From Candidatus Hermodarchaeota archaeon (GTDB taxonomy: Archaea; Asgardarchaeota; Heimdallarchaeia; Hodarchaeales; Hodarchaeaceae), in the NCBI GenBank assembly GCA_048886185.1, contig JBHLKY010000002.1, forward strand, positions 150,001 through 182,000: DNA of 32,000 bases. The letters are read 5' to 3'. The notes below the pieces were generated by a model that was not told the origin of the DNA, searched no databases, and saw only the letters and a program-made list of their open reading frames with translations. Of the stretch, positions 18,919-27,848 are shown in pieces; within the stretch, counting starts at the first letter, position 1, and every line of letters starts with the position of its first letter. A program made the translations under genes and the position numbers.

Positions 18919-19170
18919 ATGAATGATATGTCCAAACCAATTATCGAAGTAACTTCACCTGCAGGAGAGTGCAGTTGTTCTTTTGCCACTTGGATGACTA
19001 AAGTCTGGGATATCCTTAATAAGTATCGAGATAGAATTGATATTGTAAGTCTAATGTCAGACTCCTCCCGCGCGAAAGAACTAGGAGTTGGAAACAGAGC
19101 TATTGTTATAAATGGGGAGAAAATAGCTCTATTTGAACTTGAACGAAAGTTAAATGAACTCTTGAAATGA
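18919..19170 (+). CDS. Small thioredoxin-fold-like hypothetical protein with a CxC motif
   Basis: PIIEVTSPAGECSC...AKELGVGNRAIVINGEK follows a glutaredoxin/thioredoxin-like pattern; 20 nt downstream of the previous gene. Confidence 0.5.
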   Translation: MNDMSKPIIEVTSPAGECSCSFATWMTKVWDILNKYRDRIDIVSLMSDSSRAKELGVGNRAIVINGEKIALFELERKLNELLK

Positions 19171-19497
19171 AAAAAAATTGATTGATAAACCAGATACTAG
19201 GAGGGAGAAATTTCAGTCATAATTATTTATAAACTCTATTAATGCATATTCTATTAAAGAAACTTTTCAATACTAACGTTTTTTATCAAAGTTTTGAATT
19301 CTAGAGAGAGATTTTCATTAAGAGAACCGCTTCAGCTGATTTTTCAACACATCCTTTTCTTGATAGAACAACTTCAGCAAGTACAAAGTGAATTATCTTT
19401 AAAAATCCTAGATCAACAATCTTGGATAACATACCCAAAGGTAATAACTTGTTTCAAACAAATAAATACCAGTAAATTGTAAATAAAACATCAAGAG

Positions 19498-19773
19498 TTG
19501 GAAGAACAAGTGAGGAAATTCGCTTTTCAAGAGCTTGCTTATGCGATTGTGGTAGCAGCAGCATACGGTTTAGTAATAGGTATCTATATTACTGGAGCGA
19601 CTGCTCGTGACCCTCAAATTATTGATTTAATTCTGTTTAGCTTACCACAATACATTATCTTATGGATAATACTTATTTGCTTACATCTTGCTGGGATTTA
19701 TTTATTGGTTCGTCTCGAAGAACAGCAAGGAAAAACCAGAAGAGATACCTCTTCCGAAAAAAAATCTGAATAA
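19498..19773 (+). CDS. Small membrane protein with two predicted TM helices (start uncertain)
   Basis: Hydrophobic stretches LAYAIVVAAAYGLVIGIYI and ILFSLPQYIILWIILICLHLAGIYLLV, charged C-tail, TTG start. Confidence 0.5.
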   Translation: MEEQVRKFAFQELAYAIVVAAAYGLVIGIYITGATARDPQIIDLILFSLPQYIILWIILICLHLAGIYLLVRLEEQQGKTRRDTSSEKKSE

Positions 19774-19800
19774 CGAACTTCAAGTTCATAAGAAGAGAAG

Positions 19801-22044
19801 CTATTTAACAGAGAGATCTTCTGAAGATAGCATAGAAGTTTGCTGCCAAATCTTTTCTAATTCAGGTAAAGTTTCAGCAATGTTGTTCGTAGCTACATCA
19901 ATGATCTTGGAAGTCATGCCTTCAAGAATTTTCTTTGTCTGTTCTGACATTCTGGCTTCTTTTTTCTTCTCCTTATAATCACTTAATCGCATTTTAATAT
20001 TGTGTTGCTCTTGTTGTAACCCAAAAATATCAGAAAATCTCTCTTTTAAAAGATTTAACGTAAAGTTTTGTATTTCTAAATTCGTTTCCTCAAAAAATCC
20101 TCTTAAGATTTCATTAAAGTAAAGTACTCTCTGAGAGTGTAACCGAGCTTGATTATCCTTTTCCAAGTCATCCAAGCGTTCCTTTTCAGCAGTTTTAATT
20201 GCCTCAATCCGTGATTGCTCCTGCATTATGGCTAGGTCAATACGATCAGTAACCGATGCGTCCGTTGATGAGACTCCAATAGCTTCTTCTAGCTTACCTG
20301 ATAACCAAAAGCTGCCAGGTTTATAGAAATCTTCAGCACCATGAAGAATAAACTGTTCTAGTTTAGTAGCTCGTGCATCTATCATTGTCTTTACTCTAAG
20401 CTCAGTTATTAGCTGATTAATTTTACTAAATACCTGTCTCTGTTTCAAAGATTTCGCCTGAAATTCCAACGAGGCTTCATTTTGGCAGATAAGGCCCACT
20501 ATTCGTGCCTCGTCGACAGAAAAAAGAACCTGAATATTTCTTCCTTCATGTTTTTGATGTTTATATAAGAATTCCATCGGATAAAAGCTTACTTCAAACT
20601 CTTGGTTCGTTTGTAGTAACATTAAGCGCAGTACATTTAATGAATGGTCAGTGATTAGTTTCATATGATCCAATAGTTGTTTCGATTGATCTCTATTAAT
20701 CATGGAGGATTTAATTCCTAATGTATCCATTCTTTTAGCGCTAATCTCTTTTGGGGTATCTATGATCATTTCTATTATATCTAGTTGGGTTTTATCTTGC
20801 TTGAGAAGGCCAATGGGGATCAATCCCTGCTCTCGAAGTTCATCTTTCAATTCCAGAAAATTGTATTCTTCTTGTAAGTTATGAATATACATTTCCATCC
20901 AAGCTGACTTCATAAAATGCATATTTTTGTCAGTAGCTTCGCCCTGATCTTTCAAACGACTTGAAATCCCTCTAATGTCGATACACCGCTGTTTAGAGTA
21001 TGATATGATCGATTGTAGATTCACATTTTGTTCTGAGAGTAATAAATAGTTCCAATTTCCTAAAGAATTTGTGAATACGTTATCTGTTACATTTTCTTCA
21101 AAATTATGAATATAAAAAAATCTCTCCTCTGGTCTTTGGTTTGGAACTTTTATTTGAACACAGAATTTAGCAAAAAGGAATTGTTGGGGATTAGCAGTCT
21201 TATTTAATGTTTGAATCATATGAAGGGAATTTCTTAATTCCTGCTCTAATATCTCATTTTGTATCATTTGTTCATCATATGCAATTGTTGAATACAAATC
21301 CCTTGAATTTTTATCATAAAAGATAGAACAACTATGTTCATAGTGCCTTCGACCAATATCACCAAAAGATTCTAGCTCTTTCATATCATCTTCAAATTTC
21401 AGTTTGAAGTATTCTTCCACAAACGGTTGAATGACAAAGAATCCAGCATCAAAATAAATTTGAGGGTCCATTTTAGCAATGGGAAATTGTTTTTTAATAT
21501 TTTCAAAAAATTCAGAAGCAAATTGTTTGTTTAGGGCACCAGCTAATTCTGCCATTGCCCACCGTAGATCTAAATTGGGAACAACTTTTTTTAAGAATGA
21601 AAAAAGTGGTACTGCGTAAATATCCACCAAATTGGTCATTATCACTTTTTGATCGACAAGTAATCGGGCATGAGTCACTAGATCTTTCTCTATCTTGACC
21701 CCCCAATCATAAAGAAGGGAGTATACGTGAATCAGCGACTCAAAGTTTATTGGTAAATGCTCTCTTGCAAGTATAAGATTTTCAAGAACAACATTGACTC
21801 TCTCATCCTCATCACCTCTATCCCTTGCTTCTTTATTCCTCTTTAGCTTGTCCATCACATAATTGGCTAGATAGAACGCTGAAACTGCAGTATCAACGTC
21901 TGTTTGATATCTTGTTGCCAGATCCTGCAATAACTCATCGTACATTACTTTGTATGTGCCAAATATTTCAAGGACATTTCTCCTTCTCTCAAGAATTCCC
22001 TTGAGCTCATCAATTAAAGACATCCCGTACTCTACAGCCATCAT
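19801..22044 (-). CDS. Large soluble hypothetical protein, helix-rich with a coiled-coil-like C-terminal third
   Basis: 747-codon ORF with GGTGAT SD directly before ATG; no family motif recognised. Confidence 0.85.
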   Translation of the reverse strand: MMAVEYGMSLIDELKGILERRRNVLEIFGTYKVMYDELLQDLATRYQTDVDTAVSAFYLANYVMDKLKRNKEARDRGDEDERVNVVLENLILAREHLPINFESLIHVYSLLYDWGVKIEKDLVTHARLLVDQKVIMTNLVDIYAVPLFSFLKKVVPNLDLRWAMAELAGALNKQFASEFFENIKKQFPIAKMDPQIYFDAGFFVIQPFVEEYFKLKFEDDMKELESFGDIGRRHYEHSCSIFYDKNSRDLYSTIAYDEQMIQNEILEQELRNSLHMIQTLNKTANPQQFLFAKFCVQIKVPNQRPEERFFYIHNFEENVTDNVFTNSLGNWNYLLLSEQNVNLQSIISYSKQRCIDIRGISSRLKDQGEATDKNMHFMKSAWMEMYIHNLQEEYNFLELKDELREQGLIPIGLLKQDKTQLDIIEMIIDTPKEISAKRMDTLGIKSSMINRDQSKQLLDHMKLITDHSLNVLRLMLLQTNQEFEVSFYPMEFLYKHQKHEGRNIQVLFSVDEARIVGLICQNEASLEFQAKSLKQRQVFSKINQLITELRVKTMIDARATKLEQFILHGAEDFYKPGSFWLSGKLEEAIGVSSTDASVTDRIDLAIMQEQSRIEAIKTAEKERLDDLEKDNQARLHSQRVLYFNEILRGFFEETNLEIQNFTLNLLKERFSDIFGLQQEQHNIKMRLSDYKEKKKEARMSEQTKKILEGMTSKIIDVATNNIAETLPELEKIWQQTSMLSSEDLSVK

Positions 22045-22162
22045 ATCACCAAAAATCTCAGGAATAGAAGATCAGAAGTTATTAGTCAATGTTAGTTAAT
22101 ATGTATTTACTAAACACTTCAAGACATAATTCTTAGCTTTTGTTATCAAAAATCTAATAGAA

Positions 22163-24274
22163 TTACCTTAAGAGCCTAAGAGAGTTTAAAACAGTTAGAA
22201 TTGTCACTCCCACATCGCCAAATACAGCAGCCCACATTGAAGCAACTCCCATGGCCCCTAAAAAGATGAAAAGGGCTTTAATTCCTATCGCCAGTGCAAT
22301 GTTCTGTTTTGCCAGTCTGTTTGTCCTTCTCGAAATATCAATTGCGTCATTCAATTTTAAAGGGTTATCCTCCATGATAACTAAATCTGCTGCTTCAATG
22401 GTGGCATCTGAACCGATTCCACCCATAGCAACGCCTATATCTGCTCTAGCAATGACAGGTGCATCATTAATCCCATCTCCAACAAAAGCTACAACTCCCG
22501 CCTTAGGGTTCTTATAAATATAAGCTTCCAATATTTCTAACTTATTTAAAGGCAATAGATTAGCATAGATTTCCGTTTGATCTATACCTATTTCCCTTCC
22601 AACTCTTTCTGCAACATTCTTAGAGTCACCAGTCAGTAACCCGATGTTTAAGATTTTTTGAGCCTTTAATTTCTTGATTGCTAGGAAGGATGTGTCTTTA
22701 ATCTGATCATCGATGATTATGTGACCAATATATTCATCATTTTTAATGACATAAACAGCAGTTTCATCACGAATACATTCTGAATGGGGACAATTCACCT
22801 TATGAGCTAATTTGTCATTTCCTACAACAATTGAATCATTAGAAGTGGTTTTCATAATAACTCCTAAGGCAGGGAGTTCCTCATATTCCTCGATCTGAGT
22901 CAAGTCCACTTGTCTTCCATAAGCTTCTTTGATAGAAATCGCAATTGGATGAGTGGAATGAGCTTCAGCCAAAGCTGCATAAGTTAATATGTCATTGGGA
23001 CTATAACCCTCAATAGGTACGATAGTTACGACCTTAAACTTACCTACAGTTAGCGTTCCTGTTTTATCCCATAGAACTGTCGATAAATTGTTCATTGAAT
23101 CTATTACATTAGCGCCCTTAAGCAAAATCCCCTCTCGCGAACTCTTTCCGATTCCAGAAAAATAAACTAGGGGTATAGAAACAACTAAAGCACATGGACA
23201 TGAAATGACTAGAATAACAAACGCTCGGTATACCCATACATCAAAAGCCTGACCGAATAAAACAGGGGGAACTACTGCGATTAATAAAGCTATCAGTAAA
23301 ACAAGTGGAGTGTAATAGCGAGCAAAACGGGTGATAAAAAGCTCTGTTTTTGATTTATTTTTTGCAGCATTCTCAACCGCATTTAAAATTCTTGAAACTG
23401 TCGAGTCATAACAGGGGGATGTAACTTGAAGTTGGATACTGTTACTTGTGATGGAACCCGAAAGAACTTGATCATCCTCTTTTACAGCGACAGGACGTGA
23501 TTCTCCTGTTAATGCTGACATATCTAAGTTTGAATTCCCTTTTATGATTTTTCCATCTAGCGGAATTCGTTCTCCTGGTTTTACTAAGATAATATCTCCT
23601 GGATTAACTTCAGCAATAGGAACGGTAGTGATTCCTTCTGTTTTAACTATATGAGCCTGATCGGGGCGTATATCTAATAAAGAACTAATCGATTGACGAG
23701 AATGATTCACAGCCTTTGTTTGTAGATATTCCCCGATTGTATAAAAAACCATAACAGCAACAGCTTCAGGGATCTCGTTTATTATTATAGCGCCAATTGT
23801 AGCAATAGACATTAAAACATATTCGTTTGTAAAGTCATGATTTTTTAACTGGAGAATGGCCTTCCTAAGTACGTTCCAACCAGCAATGAAGTATGCAATG
23901 AATAAAAAGAGATTTCCTACAAGTATCAAGACGATTGTCATTGAGGGATTTGTAAGCACAAATCCTGAGGCAAGAAGTATTAAAGATAAAGAGATTTGAG
24001 CAAGAGGAACCCAATTTTTTGTTTGGATTCTTTGATCCATGTCTTCAATCACAGGAGTAGCAAGAATTCCTTTTTCAATTTTTGAAATGAGTTTGTTAAT
24101 TTCATCTATGTGAGAATCACACTTTTTCTCGCCACAACTAAATGAAAGTTCTCTTGTAACAAAATTTAATTGAACATTAGAAAAATCCTGATCTTTCAAA
24201 GAGTTTTCTATCTTAAGAGCGCAATTAGCACAACTTAGTCCTCTGATTGAAAATTTATGGACTTCTTGACCCAC
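22163..24274 (-). CDS. cadA: Heavy-metal translocating P1B-2-type ATPase (Zn/Cd/Pb) with N-terminal HMA domain
   Basis: GLSCANC (HMA), TGES, SCPCAL, DKTGTLT, HP, GDGINDAP. TM7 Lys (GIKALF) and TM8 Asp (FGDVGV) are typical of the P1B-2 subgroup. Confidence 0.93.
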   Translation of the reverse strand: MGQEVHKFSIRGLSCANCALKIENSLKDQDFSNVQLNFVTRELSFSCGEKKCDSHIDEINKLISKIEKGILATPVIEDMDQRIQTKNWVPLAQISLSLILLASGFVLTNPSMTIVLILVGNLFLFIAYFIAGWNVLRKAILQLKNHDFTNEYVLMSIATIGAIIINEIPEAVAVMVFYTIGEYLQTKAVNHSRQSISSLLDIRPDQAHIVKTEGITTVPIAEVNPGDIILVKPGERIPLDGKIIKGNSNLDMSALTGESRPVAVKEDDQVLSGSITSNSIQLQVTSPCYDSTVSRILNAVENAAKNKSKTELFITRFARYYTPLVLLIALLIAVVPPVLFGQAFDVWVYRAFVILVISCPCALVVSIPLVYFSGIGKSSREGILLKGANVIDSMNNLSTVLWDKTGTLTVGKFKVVTIVPIEGYSPNDILTYAALAEAHSTHPIAISIKEAYGRQVDLTQIEEYEELPALGVIMKTTSNDSIVVGNDKLAHKVNCPHSECIRDETAVYVIKNDEYIGHIIIDDQIKDTSFLAIKKLKAQKILNIGLLTGDSKNVAERVGREIGIDQTEIYANLLPLNKLEILEAYIYKNPKAGVVAFVGDGINDAPVIARADIGVAMGGIGSDATIEAADLVIMEDNPLKLNDAIDISRRTNRLAKQNIALAIGIKALFIFLGAMGVASMWAAVFGDVGVTILTVLNSLRLLR

Positions 24275-24287
24275 TTTGATGCTTCTC

Positions 24288-24644
24288 CTAGTTTCCAGGG
24301 TGTTCTTTGAGATGTTCTAATACATTCGCTAAAATTGGTTCTAAGTGCTCGATCTCGAGTGAATAGAAGTTTTCTTTTCCTTCTCGGCGATATTTAACAA
24401 AATTCCCCTCTCTAAGTTCTTTCAATTGATGAGAAACGGCTGAAGGAGTCATTTCCAAAATTTCGCTCAAGTCACAGACGCAAAGTTCAGTCTTCATTAA
24501 AGCTAATAGAATTTTGATTCTAGTTTCTCCAGAAATCAATTTGAAAAATTTTGTCAACTTGTCTGGATTGGAATCATCTATCCTATTACGGGCAAGTTCT
24601 ACTTTTTTAGGATGAATTTGAATCGTTTTACATGGTTCCGCCAT
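24288..24644 (-). CDS. ArsR/SmtB-family metalloregulator (CadC/SmtB-like)
   Basis: ETRIKIL..L...ELCVCDL...LEMTPSAVSHQLKELR, V..RREGK..FYSL; N-terminal Cys and C-terminal EHL..H; directly upstream of cadA. Confidence 0.93.
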   Translation of the reverse strand: MAEPCKTIQIHPKKVELARNRIDDSNPDKLTKFFKLISGETRIKILLALMKTELCVCDLSEILEMTPSAVSHQLKELREGNFVKYRREGKENFYSLEIEHLEPILANVLEHLKEHPGN

Positions 24645-24660
24645 GATTAACCTAACTCAA

Positions 24661-24676
24661 ATGAATTATGGTTCAT
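24661..24676. promoter_or_regulatory. Proximal SmtB/ArsR-type operator core ATGAA-N6-TTCAT
   Basis: ATGAATTATGGTTCAT lies 17 nt upstream of the regulator ATG and has the TGAA-N6-TTCA spacing of SmtB-type operators. Confidence 0.6.
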
Positions 24677-24705
24677 CTAGAGATATATTAACAATAGTTT
24701 ATAAG

Positions 24706-24731
24706 AATATTTGAACAATTCCTCAAATGTT
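24706..24731. promoter_or_regulatory. Distal 12-2-12 SmtB/ArsR-type operator
   Basis: AATATTTGAACA-AT-TCCTCAAATGTT; the arms match at 9 of 12 positions and resemble the family consensus aAtAxxTGAaca-xx-tatTCAxaTxtt. Confidence 0.65.
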
Positions 24732-24768
24732 CATTGTTATAATAAGAATCTTTTTTCTTCAATTAGTC

Positions 24769-25365
24769 TCAAATCTCGTTCAGATCATTTTCTTTCAACG
24801 CCTGATGGATTGAAGTTTTAATCCCAGCTGTGATCTCTTCTTGCCAAGTTTTTAAAAGAGAAAATATAATTCCATGATGTTCCATTCGTTTCATTCCAAC
24901 CTCGTGTTCTGCAATATTACGTGAGAAAGTTAAATCTGTTAATATTACAACCCTATATCCATTAGCCTGAAGATCAATTGCAGTTTGGCCAATACATACA
25001 TCGGTTTCAAATCCACAAAGTATAGCTACTGATCGTCGGGTATCTCTAATTGCTATTTGGATATCCTTCTGGCCCCAACAACTATAAACGAATTTATCGT
25101 AAATCTGAATAGTTACAGGCAGAAATCTTTTAAGTACTTCAGGTATGGATCCATTTTTCTCAATGTCTTCCGCAGTCACGATGAGAGGAATTTTCAATAC
25201 AGAAGAAAGTTTAATCAAATGGTTATACTTACGTAAGAAAACTAATTGATTTTCATTAGTGAGACCCTGCATAAATTTTGATTGCACATCAATAATTATT
25301 ATGAAACAATCATTAACGTTGATTAAACTTGATGAACGAGTGACAGGCTCTATTAAGTCAGGCAT
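24769..25365 (-). CDS. Isochorismatase-family cysteine hydrolase
   Basis: Catalytic triad contexts IIIDVQ (Asp), DKFVYSCW (Lys) and GFETDVCI.QTA.D (Cys). Confidence 0.88.
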   Translation of the reverse strand: MPDLIEPVTRSSSLINVNDCFIIIIDVQSKFMQGLTNENQLVFLRKYNHLIKLSSVLKIPLIVTAEDIEKNGSIPEVLKRFLPVTIQIYDKFVYSCWGQKDIQIAIRDTRRSVAILCGFETDVCIGQTAIDLQANGYRVVILTDLTFSRNIAEHEVGMKRMEHHGIIFSLLKTWQEEITAGIKTSIHQALKENDLNEI

Positions 25366-25474
25366 TGTTATTCATTCATTTAATAAATCAATATAATTTT
25401 AAAAACTTTGAATTGATAAAGCTATTTGAAAATGAGAAATCATTTATTAATATCTAATAAAGGAGTAGTGTGAT

Positions 25475-25606
25475 GTGATTCTTATTCAAACCTATCAAGA
25501 GCTCTATTATGCCTTGAAGGTACTTCAAATATTGAAAGATAGTGATGTACCTCTGTACGAAAAACTTCATGAAAGTATAGCAAGTCAAATTGAAAAATTA
25601 GTTTGA
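25475..25606 (+). CDS. Putative 43-aa small protein (not in ORF track)
   Basis: GTG...TGA ORF MILIQTYQELYYALKVLQILKDSDVPLYEKLHESIASQIEKLV with AAAGGAG upstream; amphipathic helical pattern; fills otherwise empty intergenic space. Confidence 0.45.
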   Translation: MILIQTYQELYYALKVLQILKDSDVPLYEKLHESIASQIEKLV

Positions 25607-25658
25607 TCTCTCTTCGTTTATGCAAGTATTAAGAACATTCATATGTTCAATACGCTAA

Positions 25659-26621
25659 TTATATGTTAAGCTCTTTTATAACAGCTTTCAACGCATGGGC
25701 AGACCTCTTTAACAACTTTTGTTCCTTTTCATCAAGGGTGATTTCTAGAACACGATGTACACCATTTTTGTTGATTATAGAGGGTAAGCTGAGATAAACA
25801 TCATTTAAACCAAGATAACCATCAACAAGACATGAAACTGGTAATATCGAATACTCATCGTTAAGAATTGCTTCAGTTATTCTAACTAAAGCTAATCCTA
25901 TCCCATAAGAAGTTTCCCCTTTCTTTTCGATTATTTTTTGTCCAGAATCGCGTACTTCTGTAATGATTCGTTGAAGAACCTCCTCACGATTACAGTCAAA
26001 TCTGTTTATGCACGTAGGACAGTAATCTTTAAATAAAATACCACCAATCATCACTCTACTCCAAACAGGAAACTCACTTTCCCCATGTTCACCTAGAATA
26101 TAAGCATGAACATTACGAGTATCAACTTTACAGTGATTTGCTAAAAGGAATCGAAATCTAGCAGTATCTAGCACAGTTCCAGAGCTAATTACTTCATGAG
26201 CAGGTTTTTTAGATAATTTATAAGCAGCATAAGCAAGAATATCAACAGGATTAGTAACAACCAAGAATATTGCTTCTGGTGCGTATTCAATAATTTTGGG
26301 AATTATTTCACGGTATAACTCAACATTATAGCCTATCAGGTCAAGACGCGTATCACCAGGTTTTCTCTTTCGACCAGCAGTAATTACGACAAGATCAGAT
26401 CCTTTAATATCGGCATAATCTCCAGCCAGTATCTCAGTTGGAGAAATGTAAGGAGCACTGTGCGATAAATCCATAACTTCCCCTTCAAGCCTAATTCTAT
26501 CAATATCAACAAGGATTATTTGACGAACAATACCCTTGATCATCAAAGCATAGGCATAACGAACTCCTACATTACCGGCGCCAATGATTGAAACCTTAGG
26601 CCTTAAAGAATTCAGTGACAT
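25659..26621 (-). CDS. LDH/MDH-family L-2-hydroxyacid dehydrogenase; LDH-like scaffold with MDH-type Arg at the specificity position
   Basis: IIGAGNVG, MDLSH, TAGRKRKPGDTRLDL, VTNPVD, SGTVLDTARFR, GEHGESE, KGETSYGIG. Confidence 0.92.
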   Translation of the reverse strand: MSLNSLRPKVSIIGAGNVGVRYAYALMIKGIVRQIILVDIDRIRLEGEVMDLSHSAPYISPTEILAGDYADIKGSDLVVITAGRKRKPGDTRLDLIGYNVELYREIIPKIIEYAPEAIFLVVTNPVDILAYAAYKLSKKPAHEVISSGTVLDTARFRFLLANHCKVDTRNVHAYILGEHGESEFPVWSRVMIGGILFKDYCPTCINRFDCNREEVLQRIITEVRDSGQKIIEKKGETSYGIGLALVRITEAILNDEYSILPVSCLVDGYLGLNDVYLSLPSIINKNGVHRVLEITLDEKEQKLLKRSAHALKAVIKELNI

Positions 26622-26699
26622 TGATTTAACACCATAAAATAACTTCTTAAGATATTCTTTGATTATTTTTCTTTGAATTCTGAAGACTTTTTTTGAGAT

Positions 26700-27194
26700 T
26701 CAACTAATATCGTAAATAAATGGTGGTTTTATTCCTAACATTCGAAGATAAACACATAATTGTCCACGATGGTGGATTGTTTCTTCCAGAATAGTCGCTA
26801 ATGATTCATATCCTCCTATTTTCGCACCACCCCAACAATGATATGTGATTTTTTTCTCTAAATCCTCCTCAGTCAATTTCGGAAGATTCTCTTTTATGAA
26901 CGACTTAACTTTTTCACCATATTCTACAATTTCAGAGGGAGATTTAATTTTCGTTGAATCAAAGGGAATAATCGAATAATCTTCATCAAAAAACTCTCCT
27001 CTTAGTGTACCAGCCATATAAACCAAAGAACACATATAGATATGGATTCCTAATTCTGCTGCGCTCATTGTATTGTCAGCAGGTTTCCATTCGAGTTTGT
27101 CCTTAGGAATAAGAATGATAGCATTATCAAGGGTTTTCATTGCATGATTCATGGTATAATGTAGGGCTCCTTTAACTGAATCTAATTTTGACAT
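26700..27194 (-). CDS. DinB/YfiT-family protein
   Basis: LEWKP, SAAELGIHI, HHRGQLCVYLRMLGIKPP. Confidence 0.88.
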   Translation of the reverse strand: MSKLDSVKGALHYTMNHAMKTLDNAIILIPKDKLEWKPADNTMSAAELGIHIYMCSLVYMAGTLRGEFFDEDYSIIPFDSTKIKSPSEIVEYGEKVKSFIKENLPKLTEEDLEKKITYHCWGGAKIGGYESLATILEETIHHRGQLCVYLRMLGIKPPFIYDIS

Positions 27195-27353
27195 GTTAAT
27201 TTCACACCTTCTTAATTGTTAATTTTGGGGATTTTTATGAGTACAAATAGTTTTTTTCTTTTGTTTTTCGAGGTGTTTCACAAGAAAATCAAAAATCTAT
27301 ATATTTTTATGGCGTCAATTTTCCGGCAAAACACAACATATGGAGAATTTAAA

Positions 27354-27824
27354 ATGGTTGAAATAGATCATGGATTTACAACTGATATGAAATACGCCGT
27401 TGCAGGTACTTTCACTGGTGGTCTTTCCAGTAAGGGTTATAGATTACTAAAAGATGAGTGGTATAATGTCAAAAATGTCTATCCGGTATGTTCTGACAAG
27501 AATGAAGTTGAAGGTGATCCAGCTTATTCATCATTATCAGAACTTCCCGAACCTGTTGATGTTGTGATTGTAGTACATAAGAAAGAGAAAAGTACAGATG
27601 TTGTGCGAGAAGCTGCAACCTTAAATCCCAAACCAGCGATCTGGTTCATGCCCAGAACAGAGTCAAAAGAGAGCATTGCTATCTGTGAAGAAAATGGCAT
27701 GAAATATGGAATGTCGTGCATAATGGGGCATAGAGCGCTTCCAGGGATTAAGCGATTTTTTAATATTCACTTTTGGCATTCCAAAGTTGGTGGTATGAAT
27801 CAAATCCCCAAACAGTCGGAATGA
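27354..27824 (+). CDS. CoA-binding protein (YccU-like)
   Basis: YAVAG...SSKGY, VYPV, V.GDPAYSSLSELPEPVDVV, AIWFMP. Start moved to ATG 27354 (GGAGA SD); the ORF-track extension from 27216 looks non-coding. Confidence 0.8.
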   Translation: MVEIDHGFTTDMKYAVAGTFTGGLSSKGYRLLKDEWYNVKNVYPVCSDKNEVEGDPAYSSLSELPEPVDVVIVVHKKEKSTDVVREAATLNPKPAIWFMPRTESKESIAICEENGMKYGMSCIMGHRALPGIKRFFNIHFWHSKVGGMNQIPKQSE

Positions 27825-27848
27825 TATGTTCAACCAGGAGAACACCAT

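Noticed and set aside
7094-19500. Stop-codon recoding (selenocysteine or pyrrolysine) at the in-frame stops near 7425, 13743, 18236 and 19481
   Set aside because: Three are TAA, which is not a Sec or Pyl codon. The single TGA has no continuing homology upstream and no obvious SECIS.
19688-22517. ORFs 19688..19978, 20702..20884, 21512..21706, 22251..22517
   Set aside because: Overlap the 747-aa gene or cadA, antisense or out of frame; no independent support.
27216-27353. 46-codon N-terminal extension of the CoA-binding protein in the ORF track
   Set aside because: T-rich promoter-like sequence between divergent genes; a better ATG with SD lies at 27354.
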